Of a stretch of 64,000 bases of DNA, positions 46,486-57,778 are shown piece after piece (the first letter of the stretch is position 1; every line of letters begins with the position of its first letter). Where the stretch lies: the NCBI GenBank assembly GCA_044225365.1, contig JBGAIQ010000007.1, forward strand, positions 102,329 to 166,328, given 5' to 3'. The DNA comes from Planctomycetota bacterium. GTDB lineage: Bacteria > Planctomycetota > B15-G4 > JADJEK01. Under the pieces are notes generated by a model that was given only the letters and a program-made list of their open reading frames with translations, did not search any database and was not told where the DNA came from. The translations under genes and the position numbers were made by a program.

Positions 46486-48039
46486 TTACTCCCACTCGAT
46501 GGTGCCGGGCGGTTTGCTCGTCACGTCGTAGGTCACGCGGTTGATCGCCCGCACCTCGTTCGTGATGCGCGAGGCGACGCGCCCGAGGAGCTCGTGCGGC
46601 AGATGCGCGAAGTCCGCCGTCATGAAGTCCTCCGTGGTCACGGCGCGGATCGCGCAGGCGTTCCCGTACGTCCGCAGGTCGCCCTGGACGCCGACCGTGC
46701 GGATCGGGAGCAGGACAACGAACGCTTGCGATGTCTTCTCCTGCCAGCCCGACGCCTTCAGCTCCTCGCGGAAGATCGCGTCGGCCGCGCGCAGGACGTC
46801 GAGTCGCTCGCGCGTCACCTCGCCGAGGCAACGCACCGCGAGCCCGGGTCCGGGGAACGGATGCCGCATCAGGAGCGCTTCGGGCAACCCGAGCTTCCGT
46901 CCGAGCGCGCGCACTTCGTCCTTGAACAGCTCGCGGAACGGCTCCACCAACGTGAAGCCGAGCTCTTTCGGCAATCCCCCGACGTTGTGATGCGTCTTGA
47001 TCGTGACCGATGGACCGCCCCGCGGGGAGATCGATTCGATGACGTCGGGATAGAGCGTCCCTTGTGCGAGGAACTGCGCCCCTTCGCACCGCTTCGCCTC
47101 GGACTTGAAGACGTCGATGAAGCGATATCCGATCTTCTTTCGCTTCTGCTCGGGATCGGTCACTCCCGCAAGATCGGCGAGGAAATCGTGCGAAGCATCG
47201 ACGACATGGAGCCGAACCCCGAAGCGATCGCGGAACGCGTGCTCGACCTCGGCGCGCTCGTGGAGACGGAGCAGTCCGTTGTCGACGAAGATCGCGTCGA
47301 GTCGCTCGCCGATCGCGCGATTCAGGAGGAGCGCGGCGACCGAGGAGTCGACGCCGCCGGACAGACCGAGCACGACGCGACCCCTCTCCCCCACGGTGTT
47401 CCGGATCTTCTCGATCGCGTCCTCCGTGAAGTTGTCGAGCGTCCAGTCGTGACTCGCCCCGCAGATCGCGAGAAAGTTCCGGAGGATCGTACGACCTTCG
47501 CCGGTGTGCGTGACTTCGGGATGGAACTGGATCCCGAACACTCGTCCGTCGCGTCGCATGAGACCAGCGAAGGGGCAGGCGTCGGAGCGCGCGATGACGT
47601 CGTAGTCGGGCGGCGGGATCTCGACGGAGTCGCCGTGGCTCATCCAAACGGTCGATCGCGGAGCCACGTCGCGCAGCAGCGGATTCTTCGACTCCAGGAC
47701 TTCGAGCTGCGCTCGACCGTATTCGCCGCCCGCCTTTCCCGGGACGACGCGGCCCCCTTTCGCGCGCGCGATCGCTTGCAGCCCGTAGCACACGCCGAGC
47801 ACCGGAACGCCGAGATCGAGGAGCTTCGCATCGAGCGTCGGCGCGCCTTCGTCGTAGACCGACGCCGGTCCGCCCGACAGGATCACGCCGATGAGCTTCT
47901 CGCCTGCCTTCTCTCGCAGCTCGCTCTCCGCGACGTCGAAGCGGTAGATCCGACAGAACACGTTCTGCTCGCGGACCCGCCGCGCGATCAACTGGGTGTA
48001 CTGCGAACCGAAATCGAGGATGGCGACGAGTTCTGTCAC
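46486..48039 (-). CDS. guaA: GMP synthase (glutamine-hydrolysing)
   Basis: LDFGSQYTQLIARR, GVCYGLQ, QFHPEV, SGGVDS, KTHHNVGG, KPPGTIEWE; GTG start 48039. Confidence 0.97.
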   Translation of the reverse strand: MTELVAILDFGSQYTQLIARRVREQNVFCRIYRFDVAESELREKAGEKLIGVILSGGPASVYDEGAPTLDAKLLDLGVPVLGVCYGLQAIARAKGGRVVPGKAGGEYGRAQLEVLESKNPLLRDVAPRSTVWMSHGDSVEIPPPDYDVIARSDACPFAGLMRRDGRVFGIQFHPEVTHTGEGRTILRNFLAICGASHDWTLDNFTEDAIEKIRNTVGERGRVVLGLSGGVDSSVAALLLNRAIGERLDAIFVDNGLLRLHERAEVEHAFRDRFGVRLHVVDASHDFLADLAGVTDPEQKRKKIGYRFIDVFKSEAKRCEGAQFLAQGTLYPDVIESISPRGGPSVTIKTHHNVGGLPKELGFTLVEPFRELFKDEVRALGRKLGLPEALLMRHPFPGPGLAVRCLGEVTRERLDVLRAADAIFREELKASGWQEKTSQAFVVLLPIRTVGVQGDLRTYGNACAIRAVTTEDFMTADFAHLPHELLGRVASRITNEVRAINRVTYDVTSKPPGTIEWE

Positions 48040-48091
48040 TTTGGCTGCCCGGTCATTTGGGGTGCGAGAAGAGCAATTCACCGCTTCGCGT

Positions 48092-49713
<1,622 letters not shown>

Positions 49714-49801
49714 GATCGAGCCAGCTCCGCAATCCGAGTTCTCGGGGCCGCGATGCCGCGACTCGCTCTCGCTGTGAACGCCGCTGGAACGTTCGGGCCG
49801 G

Positions 49802-49850
49802 AAAATAGCCGGAGCCCCCTCGATCGTGAGATCGGGGAGGCTCCGGACTA
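49802..49850 (-). terminator. intrinsic terminator
   Basis: 17-bp stem CCGGAGCCTCCCCGATC/GATCGAGGGGGCTCCGG followed by CTATTTT on minus strand. Confidence 0.7.
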
Positions 49851-50024
49851 CAAGAAGGAGGAGATAGGCCAAATATCGGATAGGGGCCGTTCGAGCATGA
49901 GGGTCGGACCACGGAAAATTGGAAGGCAGATACTTCCAGGGCGCGGGTCGGAGGGGAGGACCGCGCGGAAGTCGGCCTGGAGGCGTGTCTTGAAAGCGGA
50001 CCGCGACGTCGGGCGTGTTCCGTG
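49802..50024. ncRNA. candidate structured small RNA (unassigned)
   Basis: Nested inverted repeats forming a rod with bubble, CU-rich loop CTCCCCTCC and CTCCTCCTT before terminator (minus strand). Confidence 0.35.
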
Positions 50025-50074
50025 CTTTTCGAGAGAAACTTTTGGGGCGCGGATCCGCCCGTTCGCACGCGCCT

Positions 50075-52189
50075 TCATTTCGGCGGATGCGACTTCAGTT
50101 CCCCGCCCGCGGCGTCCGGTTTCACTTCTCCCACCCGCAGCCAATGTCCGAGCTGGTCGATTCGGTCCTTCACCCAGCCCTCGCCCGCCTTGCCGCCGAT
50201 CGCCTGATACCGGGTGTAGAGATCGAGGGCATGCCCGCAGTCGGTGAGCGATGCATCGCGCAAGGTCCGCTCGTAGTAGGCATCCGCGGTGTAGCGCAGG
50301 ATCTCGGGCGATTCGGGTACCGACGCGCGGTACGCCTCGAGCAGTTCGATGGCGAGGTCGACCTTGCCCGCTTTCAGATTGGCCCGGCCGCGCCAGAAGC
50401 GAACCTCGTTCTTGTCCGGCATGAGCGCATCGGCACGATCGAGTTCCACGAGGGCCGATGCACTCCGCTCCAATCCGACGAGGCACATCGCCGCATCGAG
50501 ATGGAGCAACCAGAAATTGGGGAACAGTTCGATCGCGCGCCGGAATTCCGCAAGTGCGGGCTCGAATCGCTCCTTGCTCCGTTCGGCGACTCCGATCGTT
50601 CGATGGATGAGGAAGTGGTCGAAGCCCGTTTCCGCAGCGCGGCGATACTCCTGAAGCGCGCCATCGAGATCCCCCGCGGCTTGCCGCGAGAAGCCGCTCC
50701 GCATTCGCTCGCCCTGAATGACCTGGACCGCGCTCTCCGGAACCCACGCGATCAGGATGGCGAGCGCCGATCCTGGGATGAACGCGAAACGCAAGAGCGG
50801 CCGCGTCGTGACGTCGATCTCGTTGCGCCGCGTCGAGAACGAGGTCGCGATACCATACAACGCGAAGAAGACGAGCGCGCCGAACGGGAAGACGAGCGGT
50901 GGCTCGAAGATCGCCTGGAGCGAGAAGACGACGATCGCGAACCCGACGGCGCGGGCTTCCATTCGGCCCACTCCATCACCGCGCGCGGAACTGTTCACCG
51001 CCGCGCTGACGGCATGGAGGAGCGCGAGCGTCACGATCGCGACGAAGAGCAGGAGTCCGACGACACCGAGTTCCGCGAGCACCTGCATGAACTGATTATG
51101 AGCGTGCGGCTTCAGCGGTTCGATGTGGTCGTAGGCCGGGAATTCGTACTGGAAGTTCGAGAGTCCGACTCCGAGGAAGCGGTGCTCGTCGGACAGCAGG
51201 AAGGTCTTCTTCCAAATGTTGACGCGCATGTAGGCCGCATTCCAGTTCATGCCGGCCGCGTCGACGACTCGATTGAACGTTTCCTTGAGGAATGCCGAGA
51301 CGGCGGGCTGCCGCGGAGCGAGCACGAGGAGCGTGCCGATCACCACCGCCACGGCAGCCGAAGAAACCATGAGACGACCCGCTCGCTCGGGAGTCGACGA
51401 TCGTCGGATCGCACTCATCCAACGCTCGAGCAGGAGGAAGACGAGCGGTCCGAAGATCACTCCGATCAGCGCCGCCTTGGCGTTGAGCAGGAACAGGAAG
51501 AACGACAGCGCGACGAAAGCTACCCCCGCGGCGAATCGCTTGCCCTTTCCTCTTGGCCCATGGGCTGAATGCGGTGCGAGCAAGAAGGCGAGGGCGATCG
51601 CGGCCGCCGGCGCGTAGGCGAGTGCGGCGACGTTTTGATGCGGGAACAACCGGCTGCCGAATTTCGATGCGCCTTCGATCGTGACACGATCGCCGTACGC
51701 GATCAGGAATCCGGCGTCGACGAGTCCGGGCAGCAATGCACCGATCAGGATCGCGAGGAGCGCGCGGGTCGCGCCCCCACTGCCTTCTCTTCGCGCGGCG
51801 TCGAGCCGAACGAGGAAACCCGCGAGCAGCGCACCGACCAGGATCAACGCGTCGCGCCGCACGTCCTCGCCGTTCTTCGCCCAGGAGCGCGATCCGGCGG
51901 CGAGGACGACGAATGCGATCGCGACGATGTCGCTCTTGGCGAGGGAGAGCCGCGCTCGCCCTCGGGCCGCTAGGATGCCGAGGTAGACCGCGACACCGAC
52001 GAATACCGCGATTCCGAGCACGGCGCGCTTCGCCGCCAGGGACGAATCGACACCGAACGTGCCGCCGAACGGGTCGAATGCGACGGGCGTCGCGAGCAAC
52101 GCCGCGATCGCACAAGCGCGCGGGAACGCCGTGGGTCTGTCGTCGAGAGTCGACACGAACATCTCCGATTCGAGAACGGCCGCCAGCAT
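50075..52189 (-). CDS. O-antigen ligase family membrane protein with TPRs
   Basis: Many TM helices, HQNVAA, RVNIW, GVGLSNF, HAHNQFMQVLAELGVVG; C-terminal TPRs. Confidence 0.88.
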   Translation of the reverse strand: MLAAVLESEMFVSTLDDRPTAFPRACAIAALLATPVAFDPFGGTFGVDSSLAAKRAVLGIAVFVGVAVYLGILAARGRARLSLAKSDIVAIAFVVLAAGSRSWAKNGEDVRRDALILVGALLAGFLVRLDAARREGSGGATRALLAILIGALLPGLVDAGFLIAYGDRVTIEGASKFGSRLFPHQNVAALAYAPAAAIALAFLLAPHSAHGPRGKGKRFAAGVAFVALSFFLFLLNAKAALIGVIFGPLVFLLLERWMSAIRRSSTPERAGRLMVSSAAVAVVIGTLLVLAPRQPAVSAFLKETFNRVVDAAGMNWNAAYMRVNIWKKTFLLSDEHRFLGVGLSNFQYEFPAYDHIEPLKPHAHNQFMQVLAELGVVGLLLFVAIVTLALLHAVSAAVNSSARGDGVGRMEARAVGFAIVVFSLQAIFEPPLVFPFGALVFFALYGIATSFSTRRNEIDVTTRPLLRFAFIPGSALAILIAWVPESAVQVIQGERMRSGFSRQAAGDLDGALQEYRRAAETGFDHFLIHRTIGVAERSKERFEPALAEFRRAIELFPNFWLLHLDAAMCLVGLERSASALVELDRADALMPDKNEVRFWRGRANLKAGKVDLAIELLEAYRASVPESPEILRYTADAYYERTLRDASLTDCGHALDLYTRYQAIGGKAGEGWVKDRIDQLGHWLRVGEVKPDAAGGELKSHPPK

Positions 52190-52327
52190 AACCCGCGATG
52201 GATCCGAAGGAACGGGATCTCGCTCGGGATCGCTTCTCTCGCTTCAACCCGCTCCATCGCGGGATACACTTCGCCGTTCGTCCAACTCCTCCTTCCCTCG
52301 ATCCTGGACTGCTGCGGAGCGCGCGCG

Positions 52328-53296
52328 ATTCGGACCCTTCTCACCCTCGTCCTCGGGATCGGCCTGATCGCGCTGTTCGTCGCGTCTCTCCACGATCCAG
52401 CGGCGGCGCTGCGTGCGCTGCGTGACACCTCGTTCCCACCCCTCCTCTACGGTCTCCTTGCGTACGTGGGCTGCTACGTCTGTCGAGCGCTTCGCTTTCG
52501 TTCGATGCTCGGTGCCGAACGCGCTCCGCTCCTCCTCACGACGTCGATCGTTGCGGTCCACAACCTCCTCAACATGATCCTGCCCGTCCGCACCGGCGAG
52601 ATCTCGTACGTGATGCTCGCGCAGAAGCGGCTGAACGCGCGGCTTTCGGAAGGTGCGGCTACGCTCGTCCTCGCTCGTCTCTACGACATGGTGGGGATCG
52701 CGGCGTTCTTCCTCGTGGGATTCTTCGCGATACGAACCGGCGAGGGCTCGACGGGGCGCTATGCGATCGCTGCCGTGATCTTGTTCGCGGTCTCTCTCGT
52801 CGCGCTCCTCTTGCTCGGGCCGATCGTCGATCGACTCCGTCGTTTCCTCGATGCCCGCAAGACCCTTCCGGGCTCACGCCTCGAGAAACTGAAGCGCCTG
52901 CTCGCGTCGTTGTCGACCGCGATCACCGACGCGAAGGCCCGCGGTGAGTTCCTCCGCATCTTCGCCGTCACCGAGATGCAATGGTTCTTCACCTTCCTCA
53001 CGTGCTTCTCGATCCTTCGCGCGTGCCCGGGGGCTCACGACTTCCCGTTCCTCGCCTCGATCGTCGGATCGACGGGGCTCTCCCTCGCGCTCATCCTTCC
53101 GATCAACCCGATCGGAAACGTCGGCACGTTCGAAGCGGGGTGGGTCCTCGGCTACATGCTGGCGGGACTGCCGCGCGAAACGGCGACGGCGAGCGCGATC
53201 GTGGCGCACGCGGCGATCCTGTTCTACGCGGGATTCCTCGCGCTCTTCGGCTACCTCCACCTGCGCGCGACGGCGAAGGACGAGGGAACGAGATAG
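52328..53296 (+). CDS. lysylphosphatidylglycerol synthase TM / flippase-like protein, non-canonical start likely
   Basis: RALRF, NMILPVRTGEISY, RLYD, PINPIGNVGTFEAG; first TM segment lies upstream of the first GTG (52466). Confidence 0.8.
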   Translation: MRTLLTLVLGIGLIALFVASLHDPAAALRALRDTSFPPLLYGLLAYVGCYVCRALRFRSMLGAERAPLLLTTSIVAVHNLLNMILPVRTGEISYVMLAQKRLNARLSEGAATLVLARLYDMVGIAAFFLVGFFAIRTGEGSTGRYAIAAVILFAVSLVALLLLGPIVDRLRRFLDARKTLPGSRLEKLKRLLASLSTAITDAKARGEFLRIFAVTEMQWFFTFLTCFSILRACPGAHDFPFLASIVGSTGLSLALILPINPIGNVGTFEAGWVLGYMLAGLPRETATASAIVAHAAILFYAGFLALFGYLHLRATAKDEGTR

Positions 53297-53299
53297 CGT

Positions 53300-55153
53300 T
53301 CAGAAGCCCCGCCGACGGAACCAGCGTTCGATATCGGCGCGCTCGATCCGCACCACCGTCGGTCGCCCGTGGGGGCAGGCTTTCGCCTCGGGCAGTCGTT
53401 CGGCCGATGCGAGAAGCGCTTCGGCTTCGTGGTCGGTGAGCGCGTCCCCAGCCTTCACGGCTGCACGACACGCGACGGTATGGAGTCGATCGAGGAGCGG
53501 CGCCCGCCCGGCGCGAGCGCTCGCGTCCGCGCCGTCGCCTCCCGATTCGAGGATCGCCTCGACCATTTCCTTGAGGTCTCCGCTCTTCAAGAGCGGCGGA
53601 AGCGAGTGGATCGCGAGCGTCGTCGGCGACATCACGGTGACCTCGAGTCCGACCTTCGCGAATTCCTCGAGTCGTCCTTGCGCGGCGACCACTCCCGCGC
53701 GCCCGACCTCGACCGGCATGGGCGCGACGAGTTGCTGCGTCGGGATCGCGCGGCCTTCGACGGCGAGTCGCAACTGTTCGTAGATCACGCGCTCGTGGAG
53801 CGCGTGCTGATCCACCATCGCGAACGCCTGTCCGGACTCGTAGACGATGTACGTCTGGAAGATCCGAAGGAAGCCCCGACCCGTGCGCGGCGGTACGGTC
53901 GGGGCGGGCGCTGCGCGCATGGGCTCGGCGCCGACCTCGCGTTGCGCGGTCACGCCTGGGGGCTCGAATCCGGGAAGCACGTTCGCACGGGCGATCGGCG
54001 GCGAGACCCCTCTCGCTGCGGCGGCGATCCCCTGTCCGGAACGCGTGACGGCTGGCAACGTTGGAGATTCCGCCGGGCTCGGCACGGTCGGCGTCGCTTC
54101 GGTAGCGGACTCGCACACGGCGTTCGCGGCGCCGCTCCCCCACGCACCGCGAGTCGGGCGCGCGGCGAGATCGCCCTTTCGCAGCCCGTCGAGCACGACG
54201 CCATGGACCGCGCGGAAGACCGCATTCGAATCGCGGAAGCGCACCTCGCTCTTCGCGGGATGCACGTTGACATCGACTTCGCCGGGATCCATCGTGATCT
54301 TGAGGACGTACGAGGGTTGTAGCGCCGGCGCGAGGAACTCGCGATACGCCTGCTTCGCGGCGGCCTTCACCGTGTTGTCCTTCACGAGGCGACCGTTCAG
54401 GAACACGTACTGATGCAGCGATGTGGACCGCGCCTGATCGGGGGACACGATGAGCGCCTCGACCGCGATCTCACCGACTCGTCCCATCACCGACAACAAC
54501 CCGCGCGCGGCGTCATCGCCCATGAGCGTCGCGGCGCGTTCCTTGGCTCCCGCCTGCGGCGCGATCTCGAGCACGGACCGGCCATCCACCGTGAGGACGA
54601 AGCCAACGCCTTGCGCAACCATGGCAAAGCGTGCGACGACTTCGACGCACCGCGCGCCCTCGGCGGCATCGCCCTTCAAGAACCGGGATCGCGCGGGGAC
54701 GTTGAAGAAGAGCTGCTGCGCCTCGACGAGGGTTCCCACCGGCGCGCCCGCGGGTCGGATCTCGGACATCACGCCGCCTTCGCAGCGGATCTCGAAGCCC
54801 TCCTCCGCGCCGCGCGCTCGGCTCACGATCCTCGCTCGGGAGATCGCGCCGATCGACGCCAGCGCTTCACCACGGAATCCGTACGAACCGATCGAGAGCA
54901 GGTCGTCGACGTCGCCGAGCTTCGACGTCGCGTGAGGCGCGAAGGCGAGTTCGAGATCGGCGACGCCCATGCCGAGGCCATCGTCGCGGACTCGGATCGC
55001 GCGGCGGCCGCCGCCTTCGAGTTCGATGCGGACGTTCGTCGCGCCCGCGTCGAGCGCGTTCTCGATCAACTCCTTCACCACGGAAGCGGGCCTTTCGATC
55101 ACTTCCCCGGCGGCGATGCGATCGATTACGTCCTTCGGCAATCGCTTGATCAT
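53300..55153 (-). CDS. mutL: DNA mismatch repair endonuclease
   Basis: IAAGEVIERPASVVKELIENALDAGA, GFRGEALASI, DQHALHER, ACRAA, CPHGRP. Confidence 0.97.
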   Translation of the reverse strand: MIKRLPKDVIDRIAAGEVIERPASVVKELIENALDAGATNVRIELEGGGRRAIRVRDDGLGMGVADLELAFAPHATSKLGDVDDLLSIGSYGFRGEALASIGAISRARIVSRARGAEEGFEIRCEGGVMSEIRPAGAPVGTLVEAQQLFFNVPARSRFLKGDAAEGARCVEVVARFAMVAQGVGFVLTVDGRSVLEIAPQAGAKERAATLMGDDAARGLLSVMGRVGEIAVEALIVSPDQARSTSLHQYVFLNGRLVKDNTVKAAAKQAYREFLAPALQPSYVLKITMDPGEVDVNVHPAKSEVRFRDSNAVFRAVHGVVLDGLRKGDLAARPTRGAWGSGAANAVCESATEATPTVPSPAESPTLPAVTRSGQGIAAAARGVSPPIARANVLPGFEPPGVTAQREVGAEPMRAAPAPTVPPRTGRGFLRIFQTYIVYESGQAFAMVDQHALHERVIYEQLRLAVEGRAIPTQQLVAPMPVEVGRAGVVAAQGRLEEFAKVGLEVTVMSPTTLAIHSLPPLLKSGDLKEMVEAILESGGDGADASARAGRAPLLDRLHTVACRAAVKAGDALTDHEAEALLASAERLPEAKACPHGRPTVVRIERADIERWFRRRGF

Positions 55154-56292
55154 GCGGCACCTCCCGCGCGCGCACGGGCCTTCGCCAAGCGCGCGAGCCT
55201 GGCGATGAGCTGAGGGAGGATCGTCGCTGCGGGCTGGCCGATCTTGATCCTGCGATCGGCGTCATGCAGAGCCACGAGCGCGGCCTCGGCGTGGGCGACG
55301 AGCGGCAACGACACTTCCTTCGAGAGGAAGTAGATCTGACCCGGGTTCTTCACGCCGATCGCGGCGGCGATCTCCTCGCGTGAGAGCTTGCGCGCTTCCG
55401 CCTCCCGCAAGCGCGCGAGCAACGCGAGTCGCTGATGCAGGAGCGCGATCTGCATGAGCGCGATCGACACAGGATCCGTGACGCGCTTTCCGCCGCGATC
55501 GACGACGCCTCGATCGAGCATCCCATACACGCGTTCCAGTGCCTTGCGCAGCTCTCCGCTCGCGACCTCTTGGAACAGGCGGAACGGCTCGAGCGCCGCA
55601 CTCTGCGGCGTCACCTGCGCGATGACCTCGCGCGTCACCCGCTTCGCGGACCCGAGCAGCAGCGAGAGCTTCGCGATCTCCGATGCCACGGCGAGACGAT
55701 CGTTGCCGATGCGAAGCGCGATCTCGAGTGCGGCGGGAGCTTCGATCTGGAGACTCGCGCGCGCGAAGTCCTCGGTGATCGTCCGCAGGAGTTCGCTGCC
55801 GCCGATGCCGCGCGAGGGATCGAGGTCGAGATGATCGGCCTTCGGACGCTCGCAAAGGATGAGCCCGCCGGAGTCCTTGACCTTCTTGAAGAAGGTCAGG
55901 CGTTGATCGACGGCCGAGAATCGCAGGATCAAGAGATTGCCGGGTGGCGCATCGAGAAGATCGGGCAACGACTTCGCCGCGCGCTTGATGAGGGGATCGG
56001 CGTCGCGAACGACGATCATCCTGCGCCCACCGAACAGCGAGCGCGTCGCGAGATCGCGTCGAATGCGAGCGATCTCCGCTTCGCCCCCCTTCGACAGGTC
56101 GAGTTGATGGGACAGGACGTCGCCGTCCTTGCCCTCGAGTTCGAGGATCTTGCGCAGCGCTTCGTCCTTGCCGAATTCGTCGTCCCCCGCGAGCACGACG
56201 ATCGACGGCAACGGATCCGGAAGTCCGGACGCGTTCTTCTCCGCCTTCGGAGCGCCCGCCTTCGCCGCCTTGCTCGGCTTTCCGGTCGTCAT
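55150..56292 (-). CDS. holA: DNA polymerase III delta subunit
   Basis: LAGDDEF, SLFGGRRMIVVRD, GNDRLAVASEIAKL, DRRIKIG; 4-bp overlaps both sides. Confidence 0.8.
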   Translation of the reverse strand: MTTGKPSKAAKAGAPKAEKNASGLPDPLPSIVVLAGDDEFGKDEALRKILELEGKDGDVLSHQLDLSKGGEAEIARIRRDLATRSLFGGRRMIVVRDADPLIKRAAKSLPDLLDAPPGNLLILRFSAVDQRLTFFKKVKDSGGLILCERPKADHLDLDPSRGIGGSELLRTITEDFARASLQIEAPAALEIALRIGNDRLAVASEIAKLSLLLGSAKRVTREVIAQVTPQSAALEPFRLFQEVASGELRKALERVYGMLDRGVVDRGGKRVTDPVSIALMQIALLHQRLALLARLREAEARKLSREEIAAAIGVKNPGQIYFLSKEVSLPLVAHAEAALVALHDADRRIKIGQPAATILPQLIARLARLAKARARAGGAA

Positions 56293-57167
56293 CGCAGCGC
56301 AACCTCGGCGATGGTGAACCCCGCGAGCAGCACGCTGATCGCGCCGTTCATCGTGAAGAACGCGACGTCCACCTTCGAAAGATCGTCACTGCGCACGAGT
56401 CGATGCTCGTACACGAGGAGGAGCGCGGTGATCACGACGCCGCTGTGATAGATCGGCCCGAGGCCGGCGACGCGGCCGAGCAAGAGGAGCAACAGGATCA
56501 TCACGGCGTGGAGCAAGCGAGCGAGCACGAGCGAGGCTCGCACACCGATCCGCGCCGGGACTGATCGCAGGCCGTTCTCGCGGTCGAATTCGTGATCCTG
56601 GCACGAGTAGATGAGATCGAAGCCTGCGACCCATGCGAGCACGGCCGCTCCGAGGATCGCCGGCTGGTAGTAGCTCGAATCGACGGTCCCGACGACCGCG
56701 ACCCACACACCGAGCGGCGCGACCCCGAGTGCGAGACCGAGCACGAAGTGACTGAGCGATGTGAACCGCTTCGTGTGCGAGTAACCGAGCAGCAGCGCGA
56801 GCACCGGGAACGACAGCCAGAAGGCGAGTCGATTGATGAACCAGGTCGTACCCACGAAGACGGCGCAACTGCCGATCACCAGCGCCGTCACTTCGAACGT
56901 CGAGACGAGCTGCGCGGGGAGATGCCTCGACCGCGTTCGCGAATTCCTCGCATCGACGTCGCGGTCGACGAGCCGGTTGTAGGCCATCGCCGCCGTCCTC
57001 GCGGCGACGAGACAGACGAGACAGAGGATCGCGATGCGGAGATTCGGGCGGGAGGAGTCGAACGACAGTGCGTACGCAATGCCGGCGAACGGCAGAGCGA
57101 AGATCGTGTGCGAGAATCGCACCAGTTCGAGCCACGTCCTGAGACGAACGATCGTCGACGTGCTCAT
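56289..57167 (-). CDS. UbiA-family prenyltransferase (MqnP-like, menaquinone)
   Basis: RFSHTIFALPFA, ARTAAMAYNRLVDRDVDARNSRT, YSHTKRFT, GFDLIYSCQDHEFD, AFFTMNG. Confidence 0.92.
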   Translation of the reverse strand: MSTSTIVRLRTWLELVRFSHTIFALPFAGIAYALSFDSSRPNLRIAILCLVCLVAARTAAMAYNRLVDRDVDARNSRTRSRHLPAQLVSTFEVTALVIGSCAVFVGTTWFINRLAFWLSFPVLALLLGYSHTKRFTSLSHFVLGLALGVAPLGVWVAVVGTVDSSYYQPAILGAAVLAWVAGFDLIYSCQDHEFDRENGLRSVPARIGVRASLVLARLLHAVMILLLLLLGRVAGLGPIYHSGVVITALLLVYEHRLVRSDDLSKVDVAFFTMNGAISVLLAGFTIAEVALR

Positions 57168-57775
57168 GTCGGCGGATCCCGGTCGCGTTCGGGTTTCCAT
57201 TGCGAGCGAATCGCCGTTGGACCGAAGAAGAACGCGAGCGCTCGATCGACGACGGTGTCGACGAGATCGTCGACGCTCGAGGGTTTGGCGTAGAACGCCG
57301 GCATCGCGGGAAGGATCACGGCGCCGGCCTGATCGAGGCGCAGCATGTTCTCCAGGTGGATGCGATTGAACGGAGTCTCGCGCGGAACGAGGACGAGCCG
57401 TCGCCGCTCCTTCAGCATCACGTCGGCGGCGCGTTCGATCAGATTGCCCGCGACGCCGCCCGCGATCCTGCCGAGCGTGCCCATCGAACAGGGAAGGATC
57501 ACCATCCCGTCGAACGGCACCGAACCCGACGCCGCCTCCGCGCCGATGTCGCTCACGGGGATCTTGCGAACGCTGCTGCGGAACGCCCCGAGCGCGGATG
57601 CGAAGGGCTCGCGGCCGGGATCGAGCGGATGCCCCAGTTCGTCCTGTGCGACGCGCGCCCCCGCATTCGAGACCAACAGATCGATCGTTGCGCCGAGCGC
57701 GGCCGCGCGGACGACGAAGCGTTCGCCGTACGCGGCGCCTGAGGCGCCAGTGATCGCAGTCACGATTCGAGGCAT
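57164..57775 (-). CDS. ubiX: flavin prenyltransferase
   Basis: AITGASG, ASGS, PCSMGTL, RAADVMLKERR, RETP, PAFY. Confidence 0.95.
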   Translation of the reverse strand: MPRIVTAITGASGAAYGERFVVRAAALGATIDLLVSNAGARVAQDELGHPLDPGREPFASALGAFRSSVRKIPVSDIGAEAASGSVPFDGMVILPCSMGTLGRIAGGVAGNLIERAADVMLKERRRLVLVPRETPFNRIHLENMLRLDQAGAVILPAMPAFYAKPSSVDDLVDTVVDRALAFFFGPTAIRSQWKPERDRDPPT

Positions 57776-57778
57776 CGC

